The translations under genes and the position numbers were made by a program. A stretch of 64,000 nt of DNA, from contig JBGTLG010000033.1 of assembly GCA_041744215.1 (NCBI GenBank), positions 96,001 to 160,000 of the forward strand, given 5' to 3'. Below the pieces are notes generated by a model that was not told where the DNA came from, ran no database searches, and saw nothing but the letters and a program-made list of their open reading frames with translations. This document shows positions 19,244 through 25,953 of the stretch, one piece after another. This DNA is from Fimbriimonadales bacterium. Lineage in GTDB: Bacteria; Armatimonadota; Fimbriimonadia; Fimbriimonadales; ATM1. Position 1 is the first letter of the stretch. Every line of letters begins with the position of its first letter.

Positions 19244-20116
19244 ATGCGCGGCGAACTGAAGGAGCTTTGGAGGTACCGCGAGCTCTTGCTCACGTTCGTC
19301 GTCCGCGAACTGAGGATCCGCTACAAAAACTCGTTTCTCGGCTTCTTCTGGTCGATTCTTAATCCCTTGGTGACGGTACTTGTGATGACGCTGGTCTTCA
19401 AGTACGTGATGGGACAGCAGGTGCCCAATTACAGCGCGTATGTGCTCGCCGCATATCTTCCCTACATGTTCTTTCAACTCAGCTTGATGGATTCGAGCCA
19501 ATCGATTCTGTCGCAGATTTCGCTCCTGAAAAAGATCTACTTTCCTCGCGAGATCCTGCCGATTGGGTCGGTCCTTGCGAACTTCACTCACTTCATGCTT
19601 GCAATGAGTGTGTTCTTCGCCTATCTGCTCTTTGTTTGGATCATGAATCCTGGCGAAAGCCCGTTTCGCGCAACAGTAATCTGGCTGCCGCTACTTATGC
19701 TCATGCAGCTTTCGCTGACTCTCGGCCTCGCGCTGATCATTAGCGCGCTGAACACGTTTTATGAAGACGTCAAGTACATAGTCAGCGTCGGCCTCTATCT
19801 GCTCTTCTTCCTTTCGCCCATCGTTTACTTCGTGGAGCAGGTTTACAATGCGCCGGGAATCCCGGAAGAGCACCGTGGGACCGTCTACTTCATCTACAAC
19901 CTAAACCCGATTGCGATGCTGATGACAGCGTATCGCAAAGTTATGCTCGATCCGCAGCCGATCGTCATGACCCGCGATGGACAAACGCATGAAGCGGGCG
20001 TTTTGCCGCTGGATCCGGTTCTTATGACCATCTGTGCCATCACCTGCTTCGGCACCCTGATTTTTGGCTATTACCTCTTCAACAAGAAGAAGTGGCAATT
20101 CGTGGAGCGGCCATGA
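19244..20116 (+). CDS. wzm: ABC-2 polysaccharide export permease (Wzm-like)
   Basis: RELRIRYKNSFLGFFWSILNP, KKIYFPREI, FFLSPIVY and LNP motifs. Confidence 0.88.
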   Translation: MRGELKELWRYRELLLTFVVRELRIRYKNSFLGFFWSILNPLVTVLVMTLVFKYVMGQQVPNYSAYVLAAYLPYMFFQLSLMDSSQSILSQISLLKKIYFPREILPIGSVLANFTHFMLAMSVFFAYLLFVWIMNPGESPFRATVIWLPLLMLMQLSLTLGLALIISALNTFYEDVKYIVSVGLYLLFFLSPIVYFVEQVYNAPGIPEEHRGTVYFIYNLNPIAMLMTAYRKVMLDPQPIVMTRDGQTHEAGVLPLDPVLMTICAITCFGTLIFGYYLFNKKKWQFVERP

Positions 20117-20841
20117 GCAAGCCAGCAATTCGCGTCCGCGATCTTTGCAAGGAATTCGTTGTTTCTCATACCGGATATGCGTCGCTCAAGGGTGCGCTGC
20201 TTTGGTGGAAGAGCCGACAAAAAGAGCAGCTGCAGGCGCTCAAGAACGTGTCGATTGATGTGCAGCCGGGGGAGTGCGTAGCCATCGTCGGGAGAAATGG
20301 CGCGGGCAAGAGCACGTTGCTGAGCATTCTTGCTCGCGTGTATAAGCCGACGAGCGGCGAAATCGAGGTCGCAGGGCGCGTCGCGCCGCTGCTCGAGCTT
20401 GGCGCGGGATTTCATCCAGATTTGACTGGGTCGGAAAACGTGGTTTTCAACGGCGTGGTCCTCGGCTTGACTCGAAAGCAAGTTGCCGAGCGGATGGATG
20501 AAATCGTAGCTTTCAGCGAAATCGGCGACTACATCGACGCTCCGGTTCGGACTTATTCAAGCGGCATGCTGCTGCGGTTAGGTTTTTCCGTTGCCGTGCA
20601 TGTCGACGCGTCGATTTTACTTGTCGACGAAGCGCTCGCCGTCGGAGATTTGGAGTTTCAGCGGAAGTGCTTGAAACGCATCTCAGAGTTTAAGGCCGCT
20701 GGCGGTGCAATCTTGTTCGTTTCGCATGATATGGTCTCGGTTCGGCAGGCCGCGGATCGAGCCGTGTGGATGAGCAAAGGCGAAGTGATCCTAGACGGAG
20801 AGACCGAATCGGTCGTCTCCGCTTATGAAGGCAACTCCTGA
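20113..20841 (+). CDS. wzt: ABC polysaccharide export ATPase (Wzt-like, no C-terminal binding domain)
   Basis: GRNGAGKST, ELGAGFHPDLTG, YSSGM and DEALAVGD; ATGA overlap with wzm. Confidence 0.9.
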   Translation: MSKPAIRVRDLCKEFVVSHTGYASLKGALLWWKSRQKEQLQALKNVSIDVQPGECVAIVGRNGAGKSTLLSILARVYKPTSGEIEVAGRVAPLLELGAGFHPDLTGSENVVFNGVVLGLTRKQVAERMDEIVAFSEIGDYIDAPVRTYSSGMLLRLGFSVAVHVDASILLVDEALAVGDLEFQRKCLKRISEFKAAGGAILFVSHDMVSVRQAADRAVWMSKGEVILDGETESVVSAYEGNS

Positions 20842-20866
20842 TTCCCAGTTTTCTGCGCCGTCAGAA

Positions 20867-21622
20867 CTATTGGCAACCGTTAGGCGGGGGGGGTGGCGGA
20901 TCGAGCGTGGAGCTGATGAAGATCGGGTCTGGCATCGTGCTCGTCGCGCCGTTTGCAAGCGGCTGGTTCAGGACCATGACCGCATGGCAGTTGGGCACCA
21001 TGGTGCTCGAACTATAACGAACGGCGCGATACAGCCACTCCGCGTACCAGCCTGGTGGCATGAGCGCGCGGTCGAGGTTCACTTTGGTCGCCGTGGTCGG
21101 GACGGAGCCGAGGAAAGTGCCGGACGCGTTTGTTGTTGCTCGGCCGACCTCGGTGTTCGCGTCGTTGAAGAAGACGACGATGACCCCCGAAACGCCGTTG
21201 CCGCTGGATTCGCTTCGGACGCTGCCGGTGACTTTTGCCTGGAGCGGTCTGACCTGGAAGTTGAGGCCGGTAACGGTGTGTCCGGGCCAGGTTGCATTGA
21301 CTGTTCCGGAGCCGACGCCGGTGGCGTTGAATGAGCCGTTCGAATTGAGCGTGCCCGGCGCGCCCTGGACGTTGGTCAGATTCCAAGTGTTGGTCGAGAG
21401 GACGAAGCGCGTGAAATTGACGTCGTAGCCAGCAAGGACGAACTGGACGTTCATGCCGACTTCGAGGTTGAGGGGATCCTGACCTGGGAGTTCGACGCGG
21501 ACGAGGACGAAGGTGGTTGGGGTGCCTCCTCCTCCGGTTCCACCGCAGCCGCCGTAGGAAAAGAAGGCGGCGAGCGCGAGGCCGAGGGTCAGTAAGACGG
21601 CGCGAAGTCCTTTCAAGTGCAT
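20867..21622 (-). CDS. Secreted/lipoprotein with Ig-like and carboxypeptidase-regulatory-like beta domains
   Basis: Signal peptide with GGC, Gly-rich linker, VTGSVRS..GNGVSGVIV..TTNASGTF, poly-Pro tail; aaggag RBS. Confidence 0.7.
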   Translation of the reverse strand: MHLKGLRAVLLTLGLALAAFFSYGGCGGTGGGGTPTTFVLVRVELPGQDPLNLEVGMNVQFVLAGYDVNFTRFVLSTNTWNLTNVQGAPGTLNSNGSFNATGVGSGTVNATWPGHTVTGLNFQVRPLQAKVTGSVRSESSGNGVSGVIVVFFNDANTEVGRATTNASGTFLGSVPTTATKVNLDRALMPPGWYAEWLYRAVRYSSSTMVPNCHAVMVLNQPLANGATSTMPDPIFISSTLDPPPPPPNGCQ

Positions 21623-21772
21623 CTCCTTATGTCTGCGATCTTGGGCCTAGCCGGTCCAGATCAATACGATTATAGACGTGCCGAGGCTGGGGGCGTGTTC
21701 GGTAGAACTGACAGGGTGGTCGCTCAGGTTCTTGGGCATCCCTGGTTGACTTGCCTGCTCTCGATTTGTTAA

Positions 21773-21807
21773 CGGCTCATCGGACTCATTGGACTCATCG
21801 AACTCAT
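21773..21807. repeat. Four-copy degenerate 9-bp tandem repeat (YGRACTCAT)
   Basis: cgg-ctcat / cggactcat / tggactcat / cgaactcat, flanked by TTGTTAACG at 21766 and 21820. Confidence 0.75.
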
Positions 21808-21967
21808 CACGTTTAGACATTGTTAACGCGGTTTCTTGAGTTCATCGGATGGGCTGGATGCGGTGTTGCGAGTGCTTCGGACGCATTCACTCTGGCATTA
21901 GGCCACCATCGGTTAAGTCCTCGGGAGGGGCAGAAGTCAACCGGCTGTGATGAAGCCAGTCGCATTG

Positions 21968-22124
21968 GCGACGGGGGGAGGATGCTGACCTGAGCAGTTC
22001 ACGGACAGATTCTTAGGGAGCAGTCTGCTTACGAAGTTTGCTGAAGAATCTGTCAGTGCCACCCGGTCGCAACTCTCTAATTGAGTAACACCACGCACGG
22101 AAGGAGTTAACGAGGCCACCCGTC
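21968..22124. repeat. Degenerate spacer element E0 with 11-bp inverted repeat and terminal GCCACCCG motifs
   Basis: gacagattctt (22004-14) / aagaatctgtc (22044-54); gccacccg at 22058 and ggccacccgtc at 22114. Confidence 0.45.
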
Positions 22125-22167
22125 CTATCAGTTCTCAAGACTATCACTTCAGCCACACCGTCACAGG

Positions 22168-22626
22168 TTACAAAGCTTTCCAAATCTTGTTTACTGCCAA
22201 CTCACCTTGCTTCCACACGCGCCACAGCTGGGCCCAATACCACGCAAGTACCGCGAGGCTTAATACTGGAACCCAAATCATAGACCCAAAGTAAACCCAG
22301 ACAGGGAACTCTGCAATCACTACCAAGTCAAGTGCTCGCCGTAGCAAGAAAAACCAAATGCCCAATCCGCTCTTTGAATCAGTCTCAAACAGATTGGCTA
22401 TCACGTGAAGTGAGAGCACCATCGGTACGGCGGAGAGAAAACGAAAGATGCCTTCGTCCAACAACGGGAATGACGCCCGCGCAATCGCCAACCCGAGGCT
22501 GAGCACACTCAGCCCTACAGCGACTACTGCGCTCGCATCGATTTCTTCATTTGTCTTCTTTTGCACTCTACACCTCGGCCATCGCCATTGGCTCCAAAAC
22601 TTTTCCTCCCGCCATCTTTGATTCAC
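22168..22626 (-). CDS. Small orphan membrane protein (cassette 1)
   Basis: 152-aa ORF with about 4 hydrophobic segments, lower GC; motif gccacaccgtc lies 5 bp past the stop. Confidence 0.55.
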   Translation of the reverse strand: MNQRWREEKFWSQWRWPRCRVQKKTNEEIDASAVVAVGLSVLSLGLAIARASFPLLDEGIFRFLSAVPMVLSLHVIANLFETDSKSGLGIWFFLLRRALDLVVIAEFPVWVYFGSMIWVPVLSLAVLAWYWAQLWRVWKQGELAVNKIWKAL

Positions 22627-22712
22627 ACTGTGTCTGGTGATCGGTCATTCCGTCCACCCGTCGCCGTTTTCCGCATTCCTAAGCTAGTCATCATTGAGAC
22701 CGCCATCCGCCT

Positions 22713-23033
22713 TTACTCATCGTTGTTTTCTCCCTCAGATTCTCCGAAGGAGCGAAGCCTAACGCGGGCTATTAGGTGAGTTGACAATCCAGCAAAAGTG
22801 AGGCCCGTGAGACCGACAACCAAGGGCAAGCTAACATACAGAGGGGTGAATGGTGCCAACGCAATCCAGGCAGCGGATACCAAGTACAGCATGAGCATAC
22901 AGATGCGTCTCCACTCGTTTGCTGCGTATACACGTGGCATTGAGTTGAGACCAAACAAATGGAGCACTCCCCAGGCTGCTAAGAAGCACCCGCTGATTAA
23001 GATTGCCAACGCTAAAAAGTCTGTAGTGTTCAT
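22713..23033 (-). CDS. Small orphan membrane protein (cassette 2)
   Basis: 106 aa, 3 hydrophobic segments; gccatccgcc immediately past the stop. Confidence 0.6.
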   Translation of the reverse strand: MNTTDFLALAILISGCFLAAWGVLHLFGLNSMPRVYAANEWRRICMLMLYLVSAAWIALAPFTPLYVSLPLVVGLTGLTFAGLSTHLIARVRLRSFGESEGENNDE

Positions 23034-23103
23034 GAATAGCAGCCTGTGGTATCTCAGTCGAATTCTGTCATAACGAGCGTAGCTGGCAGAATCAACGAAT
23101 ACG

Positions 23104-23264
23104 CCGGGTGTGGCCGGGCTGAGGTTTCATGCGCGGTTGCCATGGGTTTATTCGCTGCCATTCAGACTTCTCCTTAAGGGACGATGAGATTCCACGGATC
23201 GCATCCTGCTTCGTTCTCACTGTTTGTTTCCTCATTCTGCTCCCTTTCCTCTGTCGCCTGGGCC
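23104..23264. repeat. Spacer element E1
   Basis: 23120-23264 matches 24332-24476 without gaps at 138/145; left end ccgggtgtggcc. Confidence 0.9.
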
Positions 23265-23285
23265 CTTTGTTCGGAACGGTCTTCG

Positions 23286-23660
23286 TCATCGTTCCATTCG
23301 GCCGCCGGTCCGAAACAGTTTGTGCCAGATTGTTGTCGCAATAGTAAACAGTATCACCGCCAAACAGATGATAAGTGTCGTCGCTGTTGCAGCAGCTACG
23401 AGCAAAGCCAGAATGACCAAAGCCCTCTTAACGTCAAACTCAGTGAAAGCCAAGAGAAGAGTGAGCATTCCAATCACTTGGAAGAATGCCGAGAGCTTCT
23501 TGGATTTGTCGCGAATCTGAGGTAGAGAGCCAATAACAAGCAAACAAACTGCCAGAGATGTTCCTGCAAGCTCAAATTGCTTAGCGGCGAGAAACAGCGC
23601 GCCCATTACTACTGCGTAGCCTATGAGGCTTGGTCGCCAGAATCTTTGGATCTGATTCAC
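23286..23660 (-). CDS. Small orphan membrane protein (cassette 3)
   Basis: From GTG at 23660: VNQIQRFWRPSLIGYAVVMGALF...; about 4 hydrophobic segments. Confidence 0.55.
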   Translation of the reverse strand: MNQIQRFWRPSLIGYAVVMGALFLAAKQFELAGTSLAVCLLVIGSLPQIRDKSKKLSAFFQVIGMLTLLLAFTEFDVKRALVILALLVAAATATTLIICLAVILFTIATTIWHKLFRTGGRMER

Positions 23661-23694
23661 GTCAGGATCACCATAAAATGCCCTTAGAGATGCG

Positions 23695-23881
23695 GCCGAC
23701 GCGGTCTGGCATGGTTTCGCGGTTTGAGGGGAGAGTTGCCGCGAACGTAGGGATGCTTGTCGAACCGAAACTCCTCGAAATCGGACTTTCATCCATGGCA
23801 CCCAGATTTGTTTCCCGCGTTTGCTCCTTCACTTTGCCTTCCTCGGTTCGACGCACCGGCCACGCCGCCATGCAACCCGAC
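23695..23881. repeat. Spacer element E2 (diverged)
   Basis: Shares the right arm tttgtttcc..tgctcc..ttcctc..cgc..ggccac with E1/E3; contains ccatggca and ggtttcg..cgaaac. Confidence 0.55.
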
Positions 23882-23912
23882 GCATAAACAAACTCAGCCT
23901 CAAGCTCCCCCT

Positions 23913-24305
23913 TCATTCGGTTTCTTTAGAGTAGGCACTTCGATTTTTCCATCCTAGCATGATCAGAATCAACGCAGTGATTACGGTTAAAACGCTGGCA
24001 ATTGTCTGGCCCCCGTTCTGGTTGGTGCGATCCAGAGCAACTAGGAGAATTGGGAGCGGGCCGGCCATCCCAGCGGATAGCACAAACAGAGCCGCTAACC
24101 ACCCCTGTCTGGTGATCATGGCTGTAACGCCGAGCGCTACAGCCACGGCTGCGCCACCTGCGGCAAGCCCTGTGACCTCCGCATTGCCGGAAGGGCTTTT
24201 CAAGTGCACTATAGACAAAGTGAAGCAGAACAGATACCCCGCAGCTGCAAAGCACGCTACGAAAAAGCGCCAATTTCTTTTAATCAACACGAATCCCCTC
24301 TCCAC
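23913..24305 (-). CDS. Small orphan membrane protein (cassette 4)
   Basis: About 125-130 aa, 4 hydrophobic segments; ggagagg RBS-like sequence near the start; exact start uncertain. Confidence 0.6.
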   Translation of the reverse strand: MERGFVLIKRNWRFFVACFAAAGYLFCFTLSIVHLKSPSGNAEVTGLAAGGAAVAVALGVTAMITRQGWLAALFVLSAGMAGPLPILLVALDRTNQNGGQTIASVLTVITALILIMLGWKNRSAYSKETE

Positions 24306-24320
24306 TCGGGAGTCTGATCG

Positions 24321-24483
24321 CGCGGGCTGGGTGAGGTTTCATGCGCGGTTGCCATGGGTTTATTCGCTGCCATTCAGACTTCTCCTTAAGGGACGATGAG
24401 ATTCCACCTATCGCATCCTGTTTCGTACTCACCGTTTGTTTCCTCATTCTGCTCGCTTTCCTCTGTCGCATGGGCCACCCGTC
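24321..24483. repeat. Spacer element E3
   Basis: Second copy of the 145-bp repeat, ending in ggccacccgtc (24473-24483). Confidence 0.9.
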
Positions 24484-24851
24484 GTAGAGCTCTTCAACTG
24501 CAACACTCTCCATGTTATTGTCGCGCCAATAATTACAGCGGCCACCTGATGCGCGCGGTATTCTGCTTCATTGTTCACGTTCATTAGTAGCGACCCGGCA
24601 ACTACCGTTGCTAACATCGCCACGCCAGCGGTACAGCGGTGTGCTTGAGTGTGGAGTTTTCGAAGGCCAATGGATATGGTGGCGAAAACAATCCCCGTTA
24701 CGGCTAAGACGGCACCTATCAACTCCTTCAGGTGAGTATCAGATCCCACCTGTGTTGGCTGAACGAAAGCAACGACGCAAAAGACAGCACTTACGATCAG
24801 TATACTAACGCTGACCAGTAGCGGCAATGTTGCGATTGAGCGTACACTCAT
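24444..24851 (-). CDS. Small orphan membrane protein (cassette 5); C-terminus reads into element E3
   Basis: MSVRSIATLPLL...; 4 hydrophobic segments; aggag RBS; stop codon lies inside the repeat. Confidence 0.6.
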   Translation of the reverse strand: MSVRSIATLPLLVSVSILIVSAVFCVVAFVQPTQVGSDTHLKELIGAVLAVTGIVFATISIGLRKLHTQAHRCTAGVAMLATVVAGSLLMNVNNEAEYRAHQVAAVIIGATITWRVLQLKSSTTGGPCDRGKRAE

Positions 24852-25069
24852 GGCCAAACTCCTGCCTTTTCAAGCGTTTCTCGGCAGGTCTGCTCCAACC
24901 AAGCATCTTCTCCATCGCTCACCATGGAAATGCAGATTGCCAGAGCAAACTGAGATAGGCCTATCGTTGCAAAAATGTTGCTAGCAAAGAGAATGCGACT
25001 CCAGGCACAGCTTGGCTGGCAAGTGAATACTCTGGATCCAATCTTGCGAACTGAACGGCAAAGAATGAC
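24848..25069 (-). pseudogene. 5'-truncated, frameshifted membrane-protein fragment
   Basis: Two hydrophobic frames that join if one T is added to the T5 run (24971-75); no start codon after E4; stop overlaps the next ATG. Confidence 0.4.
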
Positions 25070-25218
25070 GACGGGCGTGGCTGGGTTGAGGTTTCGGTCG
25101 TGAGTGCCATGGGTGAATTCGTTGGCATTCGACATCCCCCAATCAGCACAATCAGAATTCACCCGTGCCACGACTGAAACCGGCGGTTGCGCCGCCTCCT
25201 TGGTCACGCAGGCCACCC
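25070..25218. repeat. Spacer element E4 with long internal hairpin
   Basis: Left ~70 bp aligns with the E1/E3 left arm; hairpin ggtttc..catgggtgaattc / gaattcacccgtg..gaaacc (25090-25181); ends gacgggcgtggc and ggccaccc. Confidence 0.75.
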
Positions 25219-25244
25219 AACGCATCTTCCTGTGCCGCCGTGTT

Positions 25245-25706
25245 TCACGCATTCTCGTTCTCATCATCTCTACTCATTTCATCCAGACCTTCAGGCTGGC
25301 CAATCATTGCCCAATCGAGTCGCCCATTGCGGATTCGCTCTAATCGAACTAGCCGTACTATCGCGTAAGTTACTTTGCTTGCCATTACATATCCAAGTAA
25401 TGGAACAACAAGCACCCATAGCGGTCCTTTAAGGAGTACGACTAGAACTGCTACCAGCAAAGGAGGAACCCATACGTAGAGAAGAAACGAGATAACAAGC
25501 CACTTGGCACCGCCATATCGATCTGCGAGGCGAAAGAGGACTGGCGGGGTCATACCAATTGCTATCGCCAACACGAGATGCCACGTCACGACATTGGTGA
25601 TCAAGCCAAGCGCTAGCAGTGCCGCTACGATCCCATTCATCCACACTGGTATTCGAAAAAGTCGCGCCTTGCCTGATTCCGTAGCCTTAGCTTTCATTCT
25701 ATGCAA
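25245..25706 (-). CDS. Small orphan membrane protein (cassette 6)
   Basis: About 150 aa, 4 hydrophobic segments; gccacccag directly upstream (25707). Confidence 0.6.
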   Translation of the reverse strand: MHRMKAKATESGKARLFRIPVWMNGIVAALLALGLITNVVTWHLVLAIAIGMTPPVLFRLADRYGGAKWLVISFLLYVWVPPLLVAVLVVLLKGPLWVLVVPLLGYVMASKVTYAIVRLVRLERIRNGRLDWAMIGQPEGLDEMSRDDENENA

Positions 25707-25953
25707 GCCACCCAGCAGAAAATGGAGAAGCTAAATGTCCCTCCGCGTGCCGGCGAGTGCACCCAGGTCGGCTCTCACTGTCCCTCCACGTTCTATTCCC
25801 AATCACGTCGCTGTATCAAGTATACGATCCTCTGCCAAGTTTGGGTGCCGGGGGCGTGCGGGCGGGCGGGGCGGCGAATCGAACCACCTGCATCCCGAAC
25901 TCGTCTTTAGCCCAACCGGGGCGGATCGCCGCCTCGAACTTGGAGGAATGTAG

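Noticed and set aside
23092-24513. Paralogous ORFs 23092-23289 and 24280-24513 (RMRKQTV...WQRINPWQPRMKP)
   Set aside because: They are translations of the DNA repeat, with different starts and ends and no RBS; similarity is explained at the nucleotide level.
23104-25218. CRISPR array or canonical integron attC interpretation of the spacer repeats
   Set aside because: Repeats are ~150 bp with gene-sized intervals and no cas genes. No paired RYYYAAC/GTTRRRY ends were found; E4 has only a one-sided GCGCAAC/GTTGCGC.
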